Of a stretch of DNA of 64,000 nucleotides, positions 28,630 through 39,407 are shown piece after piece (the stretch's first letter is position 1; the number at the start of each line of letters is the position of its first letter). Position numbers and translations under genes: made by a program. The stretch comes from Pyrodictiaceae archaeon. GTDB lineage: Archaea; Thermoproteota; Thermoprotei_A; Sulfolobales; Pyrodictiaceae. The stretch lies in the NCBI GenBank assembly GCA_027036135.1, contig JALVSY010000016.1, positions 384,001 to 448,000 on the forward strand. Direction: 5' to 3'. The notes beneath the pieces were generated by a model that was not told the origin of the DNA, ran no database searches, and saw only the letters and a list, made by a program, of their open reading frames with translations.

Positions 28630-30915
28630 GTGGGTTATATGGCTTCTCGTGCGGCATGGATCTCGGCAATAGTGATTATTATAATAATTATAGGCGCAGC
28701 TGCCTATTACTACTCTAGTAAGAGCGGTAAGAAAACGACAACCACAGCCATGACAAGTACAACTCCTTCAACAACCGCTCCGATGACAACAACAACGTCT
28801 AAGCCATCTACAACAAGTACGTCTCCGACAACAACTTATACGACAACTAAGACTAGCACAACACCCCCACCAACGACTACCACGAAGACAACGACGACAA
28901 CTACACCGCCAAAACTGCCCAAAGGCGTACACGTAATAGAGGTTAGCAAAGCAGTGATCGTTGTAGCGCCCAAGGGCGTGCAGATACCAAAGATACCCAC
29001 GCATGGCAAGAAACTAATCATAGTAACATACCAAGTGGATACGAAGAAAACGAAGCCCGTATCACAGTGTACAGCGTTTACGTCAATAGATCCAGCATTC
29101 TATAGGAATGTAACCATTGATGCACTTATAATAGCTGGTAGGGAGGTAACTAATCCACAAGTAAGAGAAGCCATCTATGAGGCTGTGTACAAGCTCAGCA
29201 ACGAGGAGGTACCAATACTATGGCTAGGCCAGTACATATTCGTTAGAACAGAGTGGAGCTGGGTACACGGCCGCTACTACAACCCAGTACTTGCAGAGAG
29301 ATTCGACCTACTATGGGAAGACAAAGACGCCCCATCAGTAAGCCTCGGTTTCGGAGGCTACAAGAACAATGCAACAACCTTCGTGGATGCAACCTTTGGC
29401 TGGCCGCAGTCCTTCGATCCAGCGGCAGATTACGAGACATTTGGCTGGGCGATATTCCATAACATAGGTGACACACTAGTAACCTATTGGAAGTCTGATA
29501 CAACACACGTGATACCCGATCTAGCAGTGGCATGGGTGCACGACAAGACTGGTACTACATGGTACTTCGTCATAAGGGGCGGCGTCAAGGCATATGATCC
29601 ATGGCACCACAAGGTCTACCCAATAAATGCTACCGACGTACTATTCAGTATATGGCGTATAGCGAGACTAGGCCTAGACCCAAGCTGGATGATAACAACA
29701 TTCATCAATGTAAACGCAAGCAAAGTATACACCGAGAAGGAGTTTAACCAAATACTAGCCAAGGGCGGGCTATACGCAACATATCACGGTAAGACTATTG
29801 AGGTTAAGAGCCTAAGCCAACTACTACAGTTCTTCGGCTACAATGGCCCAACAGCTGGAGTTGTCATGCTCAAGCTATACAAGCCTTACGCAGCCATCCT
29901 AGCCATCCTAGCGGATCCATTCACGATGGTAATTCCGATGAAGTACCTATTTGATAACGTGCCTCAGCTAAAAGGCAAATACGCAGAAGCTCTCAAGGAG
30001 GCACAATACGGTAAGAACCCAGCAGCTTGGGCAAAGTACATACAGCCTGGCTCGCATGACCCAACACATCTATACCTTAACCAGTACCCTGTAGGCACAG
30101 GACCCTATTATGTCGCAAGCTACAAGAGAGGTAGCTACATAGTCCTCAAGTATAACCCGTACTACTGGAATAAGACACTATGGAATACACCGCCATATGG
30201 TAGCAATGGCGTGCCCAGCCACAAGATAGCAATCTACTTGATTGTAAGCGACCCAGTAACGCGTATACAGATCTACAAGGCTGGACAAGCAGACATAGCC
30301 GCTGTGCCGACCGATAGGCTAAAGGAGGTAGAAAACTACCAGAACCCGCAGCTAGGCAATAAGTGGAAGATAATAGTTGAGAAGGGTGGCCTAACACTAG
30401 ACATAGTATACATAGTGCTAAACACTATGAAGCCGCCATTCAACAACAAGCTAGTAAGACAAGCACTCATGTACGCCGTGCCCTTCAAGCAGATAGCACA
30501 AGTGGTCTACAGCGGCTACCTAGCACCGCTATACGGTGTCATCCCAGCAGGCCTAATAGGCCACAACGACAACATCGTTATACACTATCACTTCGACCTA
30601 GACAAGGCGATGCAGCTAATCAAGAAGAGCGGTATTAATCCATCACAGTACAGTATAGAGATATGGTACAACCAGGGCAACTCGCAGCGCGAGCAAATAG
30701 CAACACTACTACAGCAGACTTGGAGCCAGCTAGGCTTCCAGGTAAGCGTGAAAGCACTGAGCTGGCCAACACTCTTGCAGAAGACAGACAAGGGCGACTT
30801 CCAAGTATACATAATTGGATGGGCGCCAGATTACCCAGATCCAGACGACTACGCTGGCCCACTACTATGGGGTGGAACATACTTCAGCTACCTACATGTA
30901 ACAGTTCAGAGCTAA
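28630..30915 (+). CDS. dppA: Peptide ABC transporter substrate-binding protein (family 5), circularly permuted, with Thr-rich linker
   Basis: SFDPA, PDLAVAW, PVGTGPY, PPFNNKLVRQAL.YA and GWAPDYPDPD motifs; N-terminal TM anchor and poly-Thr linker. Confidence 0.9.
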   Translation: MGYMASRAAWISAIVIIIIIIGAAAYYYSSKSGKKTTTTAMTSTTPSTTAPMTTTTSKPSTTSTSPTTTYTTTKTSTTPPPTTTTKTTTTTTPPKLPKGVHVIEVSKAVIVVAPKGVQIPKIPTHGKKLIIVTYQVDTKKTKPVSQCTAFTSIDPAFYRNVTIDALIIAGREVTNPQVREAIYEAVYKLSNEEVPILWLGQYIFVRTEWSWVHGRYYNPVLAERFDLLWEDKDAPSVSLGFGGYKNNATTFVDATFGWPQSFDPAADYETFGWAIFHNIGDTLVTYWKSDTTHVIPDLAVAWVHDKTGTTWYFVIRGGVKAYDPWHHKVYPINATDVLFSIWRIARLGLDPSWMITTFINVNASKVYTEKEFNQILAKGGLYATYHGKTIEVKSLSQLLQFFGYNGPTAGVVMLKLYKPYAAILAILADPFTMVIPMKYLFDNVPQLKGKYAEALKEAQYGKNPAAWAKYIQPGSHDPTHLYLNQYPVGTGPYYVASYKRGSYIVLKYNPYYWNKTLWNTPPYGSNGVPSHKIAIYLIVSDPVTRIQIYKAGQADIAAVPTDRLKEVENYQNPQLGNKWKIIVEKGGLTLDIVYIVLNTMKPPFNNKLVRQALMYAVPFKQIAQVVYSGYLAPLYGVIPAGLIGHNDNIVIHYHFDLDKAMQLIKKSGINPSQYSIEIWYNQGNSQREQIATLLQQTWSQLGFQVSVKALSWPTLLQKTDKGDFQVYIIGWAPDYPDPDDYAGPLLWGGTYFSYLHVTVQS

Positions 30916-31277
30916 TACCGAAACTAGATAGATAAACTATCCTACAATGTTTTTTATTGTAACAATAGCTGTCCTCGTCACGCCTCCACGTATTCTTGAT
31001 CTAGTCTCTCGACTTGTCCTAATTGCTACGAGACTATGTGTCTTATCCCTTGTCCGGAGAAGCCGTAGCTCCTTGTTGATGATTTCTTTGTTTTTGCGCA
31101 ATAAAGGATACTTAGCAGAGAGCCCCATTGCTCAATAGATATTCTTTTCCAGGTGCTGGCATTGGAGAGGTTATGTGTTATCTGGGGTAAAAGTTATCTC
31201 TATCCCCTACACTTTATTTAAACAAGAGTGGAAGACATAACAAGGTATCCCAGTAAAATAGAGGTGATGGAGTCCAA

Positions 31278-32876
31278 TTGAGTATTCACAAGAAGAAAGT
31301 GCCTAAGAAGCCTCTCAGAGTCGATTTCGTCATCAGTGTTGATAGGTGCATGATGAGTAATCATCACGGCAAGGAGTTCATAGGGTTTATGGCGACGGGT
31401 CCAGCTATTGGTGTACCAGAGAAGGTGTGGCGCTGGATAGCTTGCCCTGATATGCGCGTCGATGAGCATGGTAGGCCTTGGCAGGCTCCATACGGGTTGC
31501 GCAAGATCGAGGCCGCGCTGCAAGACGCTGGATTTAATGCCCATGTTATCGACCCGGACTACGTTGCTTACTACGTGACCCATGGCGCTAAGGCTCTTAT
31601 GATAGGTCATCATGATTACTTCGCCTTTGGGCCACCTAGTAACGAGTGGTGGATGGTTAGCGGTAAAGAGCCTATTAATAGGAAGAGCTTCATAGAGTTC
31701 ATAAGCATACCGGAGATATGGAAGGCTAAGCGGGAACATGGTCTCCGGATAGTTGCTGGAGGCCCAGCGGTGTGGCAGTGGGAGGTCTGGAAGGAGGCTC
31801 TAGAGCGCTGGCCAATAGACACGTTGATCGATGGTGAGGCTGAGAAGGTCGTCGTAAAGGTTGCTGAGAAGATCCTCAACGGGGAGGAGCTTCCAAAGAA
31901 AATAGTTGTGCCTCCCAAGGAGAGCCCAAGGATAGAGGAGATACCTCTCATAAAGGCTCCCAGCGTTAATGGCCTCGTGGAGATAATGAGAGGGTGTCCA
32001 CGTGGCTGCAAGTTCTGCAGCGTTACTCTGAGACCCCTACGCTTCATACCGCTTGACCGAATAGAGGCAGAGATAAGGCTCAACCTAGAGAACGGCACTG
32101 GCGGCTTCCTCTTCCATAGCGAAGACGTGTTACTCTATGGAGCAGACGTGGTTAAGCCGCGCGAGGAGCCCCTCATAAAGCTCCATAGGCTTGCTGCGAG
32201 GTATCTCGAGAAGTACGAAGCTGGGTTCGGCTGGGGCCATGCAAGCCTAGCGGCCGTTAAGTACGCACAGGAGCATGGAAGAATAGTGTCAAAGATAACA
32301 GAGCTAGTACTTGACAGCGATGTGAGAAAGATACTGGGCGTAGAGGTTGGTCTCGAGACGGGCTCGGTTAGGCTTGCTAAGAAGATAATGCCTGCGAAGG
32401 CAGCGCCCTATCCCGCTGAGAAGTGGCCAGAGGTTGTGGAGGACGCGTTCGCGATAATGGCTGATAATAATATCATCCCGGCTGCGACCTTCATACTAGG
32501 TTTGCCGGGGGAGACCGAGGACGATGTCTATGAGACGATAGAGGTTATTGAGAGGCTAAGGCCTTACCCGAGCCTAATCGTTCCAATGTTCTTCGTCCCA
32601 ATGGGTATGTTGAGGAATCTTGAGGGCTTTAAGAGAGACTATATACGCGACTACCACATAGATGCGATGAAGGTGGCAGCTGATCACACCATATACTGGG
32701 CGAGGCACATTATATCAAAGGGCTACCTCGATAAGCCTCAACACGCACCGCTAAGAGCAGCATTAAAGCTATTCCTCTGGTATGCGGAGAAGAAGATAAG
32801 AAAGAGCTACGAGTACTACCGTGAGCTCTTCAGTGCTCCGAGAGCAGAGACTAAGATAGCAGCTATAGAGGCGTAA
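31278..32876 (+). CDS. B12-binding-type radical SAM protein, probable GDGT ring synthase (Grs family)
   Basis: VEIMRGCPRGCKFC, APYGLRKIEA, AGGPAVWQ and GLETGS motifs. The N-terminus DRCMMSNHHGKEFIGF resembles my recollection of Sulfolobales Grs proteins. Confidence 0.75.
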   Translation: MSIHKKKVPKKPLRVDFVISVDRCMMSNHHGKEFIGFMATGPAIGVPEKVWRWIACPDMRVDEHGRPWQAPYGLRKIEAALQDAGFNAHVIDPDYVAYYVTHGAKALMIGHHDYFAFGPPSNEWWMVSGKEPINRKSFIEFISIPEIWKAKREHGLRIVAGGPAVWQWEVWKEALERWPIDTLIDGEAEKVVVKVAEKILNGEELPKKIVVPPKESPRIEEIPLIKAPSVNGLVEIMRGCPRGCKFCSVTLRPLRFIPLDRIEAEIRLNLENGTGGFLFHSEDVLLYGADVVKPREEPLIKLHRLAARYLEKYEAGFGWGHASLAAVKYAQEHGRIVSKITELVLDSDVRKILGVEVGLETGSVRLAKKIMPAKAAPYPAEKWPEVVEDAFAIMADNNIIPAATFILGLPGETEDDVYETIEVIERLRPYPSLIVPMFFVPMGMLRNLEGFKRDYIRDYHIDAMKVAADHTIYWARHIISKGYLDKPQHAPLRAALKLFLWYAEKKIRKSYEYYRELFSAPRAETKIAAIEA

Positions 32877-32883
32877 GTCTGGG

Positions 32884-33606
32884 CTATTTTTCTGCGCCGA
32901 ACTTCTCTACTAGTCCCAGTTCCTGTACCTGCCTAGCAGCCTCCTCTAGGTCCTTTACCGTGTCTATGCTGCGCCAATAGACGTCGCGGAACTTTACCCC
33001 CAGTAGCTTCTTCTCCTCAGCTAGCTCCGGGAAGCCCTGCCTCTCTATATCGCCCTTGTCTGGTAGGTAACTGAATATGGTTGGTTTCATAGCATATACT
33101 CCTGCGTTTATCCAGTACTCGAGCATCGGTTTCTCTATGAACCGTATTATCCTGTCCTCCTCGTCTACCTCGACCACGCCGTAAGGGCTGCGAAGCGGGA
33201 CAAGAGCTATGGCAGCTACAGTGTTGCTCTCAGCCCTTATCTTGTCGAGTAGCTTGTTTACATCTAGGTCGGTTATTATGTCGCCGTTAAGGACTATGAA
33301 GACATCTTCTCCTTTGAGCAAGTGCTCAGCATTCTTAATAGCCCCGCCGGTACCCAGTGGCTCATCCTCGACGACGTATGCTATGCTTACTCCTAGCCTC
33401 TTGCCGGAACCCAGGTGCTCGACAAGCTTCTCCCACTTATAGCCAGCAGCTACTATGAACTCTCGTATACCATGGCTTCGTAGCCACAGTATCTGCCACT
33501 CAATAATAGGCCTACCCGCGACCTCGACGAGGGGCTTAGGCCTATCAATAGTGAGAGGGCGTAGTCTTTTACCAAAGCCTCCTGCGAGTATAAGGGCTTT
33601 AACCAA
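32884..33606 (-). CDS. Sugar-phosphate nucleotidyltransferase
   Basis: [28 protein letters not shown] and NGD motifs. Confidence 0.92.
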   Translation of the reverse strand: MVKALILAGGFGKRLRPLTIDRPKPLVEVAGRPIIEWQILWLRSHGIREFIVAAGYKWEKLVEHLGSGKRLGVSIAYVVEDEPLGTGGAIKNAEHLLKGEDVFIVLNGDIITDLDVNKLLDKIRAESNTVAAIALVPLRSPYGVVEVDEEDRIIRFIEKPMLEYWINAGVYAMKPTIFSYLPDKGDIERQGFPELAEEKKLLGVKFRDVYWRSIDTVKDLEEAARQVQELGLVEKFGAEK

Positions 33607-33684
33607 GGCTGGGTACCCGCCTCCAAGTATTATTGTTCCAGGGGCTAGTGAAAATCTGTGACTCGCTCGTGGGCTAGCCGGGCT

Positions 33685-35217
33685 CTATGGCAGTACTTTT
33701 ATCAGCATGCCCTCTACCGCCACGGGGCTCATGGTTGCTAGTACCTGGAGGGCCTCCTTGAGCTTGGTTTTACTATTCGCATAGATTGTTAGGAGTGGGT
33801 CGCCTTTCGAGACGCGGTAACCTACTTTGACGTGGAGCCTTATCCCTGCTCTCTTATCCTGTGGCGCGCCAGCTGCGCGGGCAGCCATGGTTATGACGTG
33901 GTTATCTACGTGCGTCACTGTCCCCTCGCTGGTTGACTCGAGGGTGTAGGTGTACTTCCCTAGCTCTATGTCCTCGGGCTTGATATCTGGGTCTCCCTCC
34001 TGGGCTTCTAGCATCTCGCGGAACTTCTGGTAGGACTTACCGCTACGAAGTATCTCGCATGCCTTGTCGAAGCCCTTGCCGGGGCCACTTACACCCCCCA
34101 TCTCTAGCAGTAGCCCTGCTATGCTACAAGCCTTTGTCACGAGGCTTGGGCTGCCACCGCCCTTCATTAGGGTTTCTAGGGCTTCTCGGGCCTCTAGCGC
34201 GGGGCCAACAGTGAATCCTATTGGTTCCCCGCCGTAGGTCAGGGCTATTCGTAGCTTTATCCCGAGTCGCCCAGCTTGTTGCAGGAACATGCTTGCTAGC
34301 CTCTCAGCCTCGGCTTCTGTCTCAACCTTGGCTCCCTTCCCCATTGGTATGTCGAGTACTAGTGTTGAGACGCTCATAGCCAGTTTCTTAGCCAATATGC
34401 TCGCAACTAGTTGTACTGGTGGGTCAAGGCCTAGCTTTCTCTCAACACGTACAAATATGTCGTCGGCTGGTGCCAGGTTTAGGCTACCGCCCCAGGCGAG
34501 GACTCCTCTAACCTTCTTGGCTATGTCCCGTATCTCATCGGGGCCAAACGCGACTCTCGCCAAGACCTCCATGGTATCGGCTGTGCCGGCTGGGCTGGTT
34601 ATAGCCCGGCTACTAGTCTTTGGGATAAGCAGCCCTGTTGAAGCAACTGTTGGTACAGCTAGTAGCGCGACCTTACTATTACCCGGTACCCCTCCGATGC
34701 TGTGCTCATCGAATACGGGCTCGCCGAACTCCACAACGGTGCCTGTCTCCACCATTGCTCTTATGAGGTACTCTAGCTCCTCCTCATCCATGCCCCTCAT
34801 GGTCTGAGCCGAGAGGAACGCAGCTATGCCAGCGTCGTCATAGTAGCCCTGCACAATATCAGCTATAATAGCCTTAATCTCCTTGGGTCCCAGTTTCTCG
34901 CCTCGGAGCCTGCGCTGGAGGAATCCTAAGCTACTGGGCACACCTAGTGGAACCACATGGACGGATTCGCAGCCAGTAATCTTTATCTTCTCATAGATAC
35001 CCTCGGAGACAACAACTGTGCCTGGCTCAACATCCCTTGACACGAGCAAGGCGGCTCCACAGCCGCAGTGAGCACATATGAGCTGGACACGTTCCCCGGG
35101 CAGGACTCCCAGAGCAGAGGCGTCGCCAGGGCTTAGCATTACTACGTCAAGGCTACCAGCGCGGAGCTTAGAAGCTACGACACGGAACCTCTTATGCACA
35201 TGGAGCTCCTCAGCCAA
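33685..35217 (-). CDS. deoA: AMP phosphorylase (archaeal thymidine phosphorylase family)
   Basis: HSIGGVPGN, PKTSSRAITSPAGTADTMEVLA and WGGSLNLAPADD motifs. Confidence 0.93.
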   Translation of the reverse strand: MAEELHVHKRFRVVASKLRAGSLDVVMLSPGDASALGVLPGERVQLICAHCGCGAALLVSRDVEPGTVVVSEGIYEKIKITGCESVHVVPLGVPSSLGFLQRRLRGEKLGPKEIKAIIADIVQGYYDDAGIAAFLSAQTMRGMDEEELEYLIRAMVETGTVVEFGEPVFDEHSIGGVPGNSKVALLAVPTVASTGLLIPKTSSRAITSPAGTADTMEVLARVAFGPDEIRDIAKKVRGVLAWGGSLNLAPADDIFVRVERKLGLDPPVQLVASILAKKLAMSVSTLVLDIPMGKGAKVETEAEAERLASMFLQQAGRLGIKLRIALTYGGEPIGFTVGPALEAREALETLMKGGGSPSLVTKACSIAGLLLEMGGVSGPGKGFDKACEILRSGKSYQKFREMLEAQEGDPDIKPEDIELGKYTYTLESTSEGTVTHVDNHVITMAARAAGAPQDKRAGIRLHVKVGYRVSKGDPLLTIYANSKTKLKEALQVLATMSPVAVEGMLIKVLP

Positions 35218-35416
35218 GACAAGGTCATCCTCCAGCCACGTAGGTATGCTAAGGCCTCCTAGTTCCCCGCGATGAAGAGGTTGGGTCTGACCCTCGGTGA
35301 ACGTTTTTAGGCAAGAACTAGTAAGTCTTCCCGGTTTCTAATAAGCCTTACCAGGTCCGCTTACGAGTGATGACCAATAATCTCTGCAGAGAAGTAAGCC
35401 TCCTCTTCCTCTACAG

Positions 35417-36040
35417 CTACATGCTAGTCGAGCCAGCGAGTAGCGTCGCCACTATCGCTGTGAGGAGTACCACCTCAGCCAGCTCAGCTAGTAGAGTACC
35501 AGATTTAAGCCCAGTAAAAACTATTATAGATGACATAGTTAGCCTCGCAGCGAATAAGTTAGCTGCTTTGATTCCAAAGCTCTTAGAGGGTACTAGGAGC
35601 CTTAGCCCGATATAGGTGGCTAGTATCTTTGAGGGATAACTAGCAATGAGAAGCACCAATGCTATCGGCCAGCACCTAGACAGCTCGGCCACAGCCACAT
35701 CCATCCCGGCCGTGACGAAGAATATCGGGGCTAGGAAGCCAAAGATCACTGCGCCTATCTCGTCCATCGCCTCTGTTCTCTTAGACACTGTCTCTGCCAG
35801 GGCTAGCCAACTATGAACGAGAAGAGAACAGCATGTATACCAACAGCCTCGGAGAACAATATGACGCTTAGCAACAAGGCAAGCATTATACGGATCTATG
35901 CCTCGTGCCTCAGCCAAGGCGCTCTCGGGACAGAAAGCCTAGGAGTGGAGGCACTAGCACGAGAGCAGCGATGTACATTACTAGCAACGGTATTCATAAT
36001 GCTAGCAGAAAGACCCTTGGATAGCTACTCTGTGCCTTAA
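35417..36040 (-). pseudogene. Cation:proton antiporter remnant
   Basis: IGAVIFGFLAPIFFVTAGMDV...SKILA C-terminal CPA-like segment; the upstream part is deleted or broken; boundaries approximate. Confidence 0.55.
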
Positions 36041-36168
36041 CGGGATAGGGTTTCCCTCAATCACGTTATGCCATATCTTTATATAGTTGTCCTCCCCTCC
36101 TAATAATATAATGAGGGACAAGCACGGCTAGGAGCATAGCTCCTTATCTCAATTGGGGGTGAGGCCTC

Positions 36169-36747
36169 ATGGTAGCGCAGGAGACCCCTCTCAAGATCAG
36201 AGAGGTAACGATACCAGTCGAGGTGCCGGTAAAGCCTGTATCCAAGAGGGAGATTAAGCAACTAGAAGCAGTACTGATAATAGGCACGCTATTCCGCCCA
36301 GACGTGCTCCAGGCAGCGCTCAGCAAGGAAGAGTTCCTAACATGGGTCGATAGCCTCGCTGTCGCAGCAGCAGCACTAGCGATGGAGAAGGCAGGGTACA
36401 CAGTCTCACAGATAGCTGAGGAGCTCGGCAGAACAGAGGCAACAATAAGGAGACACCTAAGAGGCGAAACCAAGGCTGGCAAGCTTGTCCGCGAGACCTA
36501 CGATATGCTTGTCCGCGGCGAGCTAAAGATGGCAGTACCAATCGTTAGCCCAGAGGCAGAAGAGGAGCTAAAGAAGCTACAGGAACAAGTAAAGCAGCTA
36601 GAAGAAGAGGTAAAGAAGCTAAGAACAGAGAACATCGAGATCAAGGAGAAGCTAGAAAAACTAGAGGAAGCCCGCAAGAAGGCCGCAGAGGAAATAGCCA
36701 AGGCCATAGAGAGCCTCAACAAGGCAAAAGAAGCACTCGCGTCCTAG
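36169..36747 (+). CDS. HTH transcriptional regulator (COG1318-like) with C-terminal coiled coil
   Basis: TWVDSLAVAA..LA.EKAG.TVSQIAEELGRTEATIRRHLRGETKAG. Confidence 0.85.
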   Translation: MVAQETPLKIREVTIPVEVPVKPVSKREIKQLEAVLIIGTLFRPDVLQAALSKEEFLTWVDSLAVAAAALAMEKAGYTVSQIAEELGRTEATIRRHLRGETKAGKLVRETYDMLVRGELKMAVPIVSPEAEEELKKLQEQVKQLEEEVKKLRTENIEIKEKLEKLEEARKKAAEEIAKAIESLNKAKEALAS

Positions 36748-36771
36748 ACCCTCCAAGCACCTCCGACAACG

Positions 36772-36782
36772 TTCTTTTTATT
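36772..36782 (+). terminator. Oligo-T terminator candidate
   Basis: TTCTTTTTATT about 25 nt after the stop of 36169..36747. Confidence 0.4.
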
Positions 36783-37007
36783 CCTTCCTTGATAAGGCTA
36801 GTCGGTATTTTCACGCCTCTGCGCAGACTTCCTAACTATATTACTTCTACTCAAAGTAGTATAGTGTTTTGAGTACACGTACTCTCCTCAACCTATAGCG
36901 TAAAGCATAGAGAACCATGCCTAGCCTATAGTGTAGTTTCTTAGCAGGATAACCTAATCTAAATAGACCTAGAATAAGGAAATAGAGACAGCTAGGGGAA
37001 CGCTCTC

Positions 37008-37605
37008 TTGGCCCAAGATATTGTAGAGCTCCTCGAGAAGCCGCTGCCTCGGCCCAAGCGAGATCTTGTAAGCTATGCTTCTGCCCGCGTCCTAGAGGCG
37101 TTGCTGGAGGCATTGCTCGCTCTTGAGTTCCTCGCAAGGGGCTATACCAGGAATGCCGCTGGTAAGGCCTTCCAGGCGTGGCGGGCCCTTACAGCAGCGC
37201 TACTAACACTCGAGAAAGACAAGATAGCTAATGCGCTAGGAAGGGAAGAAGAGAAGAAATGGCTAATAGAAGTAGCGATACCCCGCGCACCTAGTAGTAG
37301 GCTCAAACCATTAGCAGGGCTATTGGAAGGAAGTAGCCGGGCTACCCTATTACTACCCTCTTACAGACAAGGCACTAAGTCTCCACGATTACCAGTACCA
37401 TGGCCCTGATCCTTCCGGGGAGCTAAGCAAGCATCCGGATCGCGAGGAAGCAGTCCACGATATACTCTACCTAGCGGCAAGGCTAGCGGATATGGTGGAA
37501 GAGCGAGTAAAGCCGAGGCTAAGAGAAATGGGTAAGTGGACGCGCGACCATGAGGAGTCTCTGCGAAGGCTACGTGAGAGACTCGCGTCTTGGAGCCAGC
37601 ACTAG
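37008..37605 (+). pseudogene. PaREP1 family (HEPN-like) protein, one frameshift
   Basis: RGYTRNAAGKAFQAWRA; a shift near 37328 restores TDKALSLHDYQYHGPDPSGELSK...RLASWSQH*. Confidence 0.8.
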
Positions 37606-37701
37606 CGGCGAATAGTTCCTTGCGCCCTACTAGGGCTTCAATTTGGCTCCTTAATCGTCCCAAATACATATAAAGTAACTGAGTATCTCGTTATGTTTCC
37701 T

Positions 37702-38691
37702 CTAATCGCATAGCCTTAGCAGGGCTCCACGATTCCTAGGGCTTGTCACGAAGTATTTCTCAACGCTTATGCCCATTGCTTGTAGCTTCTCGAGCGCGTG
37801 TCTAGCTATTTTTTCTGCGTCATTGAGGGGGGCTACTGCGTAGGCTGCTGGTCCCCAGCTGCTCTGCCCTGCTCCTAGCCCCCCAGCCTCCCTTAGAGCC
37901 TCGACGGCTGCCTCTGTTTGTCTACAACAATACCTAGCGCTTTGTTGCTTTGAGAAGTACTCGCCCGTAACTCTGTCTATGAGGGATAGTGTGTCTCCGA
38001 AGGCCTCTATATCGTTGTGTGCTACGGCTCTTAGAAGCTCTATGAGTGCTACATACAGTTCTCGTTGCTTATCCTGGCTAAGGGGCTGTGGCGCCTCTAG
38101 CTCTCTTCTCTCCGCGGGGCCTTCTGGTAGTCCGCGTGGAGCCCTGGGCAAGATGACTATGAATGCCCAGTCGCTGGGCACCTCTAGCCTGGCAATAGCC
38201 CTCGGGAGCTCAGTGACGTTACTAGGTGGCCTAATGACGCCGTTCCTAGCAGGCCTACCGGAGTCAACGACTAGCCCGCCTCTCCGGAAAACCTCTATTC
38301 CTATCCCGGAGACGAAGCCCCTATGAGTCCGTAGTGCTAGCTCATAGATGCTCGGAGTCTCTCCTCGCAGTAGCGTAGCAGCTAGGCTTATTGAGAGTCT
38401 TAGCTGGGTAGTAGAGCCAAGCCCAACGTGTCTCTCGATGAGGCTTAGCACTTCTATACCTATATTGTCTCCTAGGAGTCCCTGTCTGCGCAGAAACTCT
38501 ACATCACGCTCAGCACCGCTTGGCACACGGGACGAGCCATTAATGCATAGGCGGACTCGTAGCCGTGGCTCCTCTAGCCCAACACCGATGCTTCCATAGG
38601 CAATTCCCGTGCCAGGGTCGTAGAAGTTGTAGAAGCCTAGGTGAAGCCTTGCACCCGTCTCAATCACTATGCAGCGAGGCGTAGAGGCCAA
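37702..38691 (-). CDS. Beta-ribofuranosylaminobenzene 5'-phosphate synthase family (GHMP fold)
   Basis: ARLHLGF, HVGLGSTTQ, SGIG...F..GGLVVDSG and GQSSWGP motifs. Confidence 0.85.
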   Translation of the reverse strand: MASTPRCIVIETGARLHLGFYNFYDPGTGIAYGSIGVGLEEPRLRVRLCINGSSRVPSGAERDVEFLRRQGLLGDNIGIEVLSLIERHVGLGSTTQLRLSISLAATLLRGETPSIYELALRTHRGFVSGIGIEVFRRGGLVVDSGRPARNGVIRPPSNVTELPRAIARLEVPSDWAFIVILPRAPRGLPEGPAERRELEAPQPLSQDKQRELYVALIELLRAVAHNDIEAFGDTLSLIDRVTGEYFSKQQSARYCCRQTEAAVEALREAGGLGAGQSSWGPAAYAVAPLNDAEKIARHALEKLQAMGISVEKYFVTSPRNRGALLRLCD

Positions 38692-38738
38692 GCAAGGGCT
38701 CCCGCGAAGAAGAGAACAAGAACTGCTTGGATAAACCC

Positions 38739-39260
38739 TTAGCCCGTGAACTCTGTGAGGCTCGGCACCTTCTCGGCCCCGGTCTTCCGGGCTCTTCTCT
38801 TAGCCCTCCACTCCTTCTTTGCCCTGATTACCCCAGGTAGCCATTCTAGTAGGTCTAGCCTGCCACGCTGGTAAAGCACAACGGCGGCCGCGAGCTTATG
38901 GATGCAGAGAGGGTCCCCGGCTAGCCTCGTAGCTGGGCACTGGCAACTAGCCCCGTCCCTCGTGACATGTACTAGGTATACTTGTTGCTCCCCGGGTAGC
39001 TTGCCAATCTTTGCAGTAGTTATCCGCGTCTCCTTGCCTTTCAGCAGTGCCTCTAGGTCACGGTGGCTAACTATCCTTTCTGGGCTAAGTGAGCCCAGGC
39101 GCTGACTAGGTACAGCTATAACAGCTTCGTCTTCTCCGAGCCTCACTAACGTGGCTCTCCTGGCTAGTCTTAGTGCGCGCCTAGCATCTTCGTCGCTTAC
39201 GCCTAGCTCCCTTAGCCACTTGTACTCCTTGCCAGCCCTTAGTGCCTGCACAGCTCTCAC
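38739..39260 (-). CDS. SWIM zinc-finger protein
   Basis: YLV...SCQCP...LCIHKLAA. Confidence 0.75.
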   Translation of the reverse strand: MRAVQALRAGKEYKWLRELGVSDEDARRALRLARRATLVRLGEDEAVIAVPSQRLGSLSPERIVSHRDLEALLKGKETRITTAKIGKLPGEQQVYLVHVTRDGASCQCPATRLAGDPLCIHKLAAAVVLYQRGRLDLLEWLPGVIRAKKEWRAKRRARKTGAEKVPSLTEFTG

Positions 39261-39407
39261 CCTCCATATACTCCTCAGTATTACCTATACCCGTTTATAT
39301 TCCTAGGGCAAAGCACTACCCCTGGCAACAGCGATACCATTGGAAGAAGATTAATGAGAGGCCATATACTCATACACATATTCACCGGGCTAGAGAGGCG
39401 AGAAGAT

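Noticed and set aside
28730-28910. ACA/ACG-rich low-complexity tract as a satellite
   Set aside because: It encodes the Thr-rich linker of the substrate-binding protein.
35269-35325. C/D-box sRNA candidate (gcgatga-agaggttgggt-ctga...gtgaacg)
   Set aside because: C- and D'-like boxes are present, but there is no terminal CTGA D box and I cannot verify a target.
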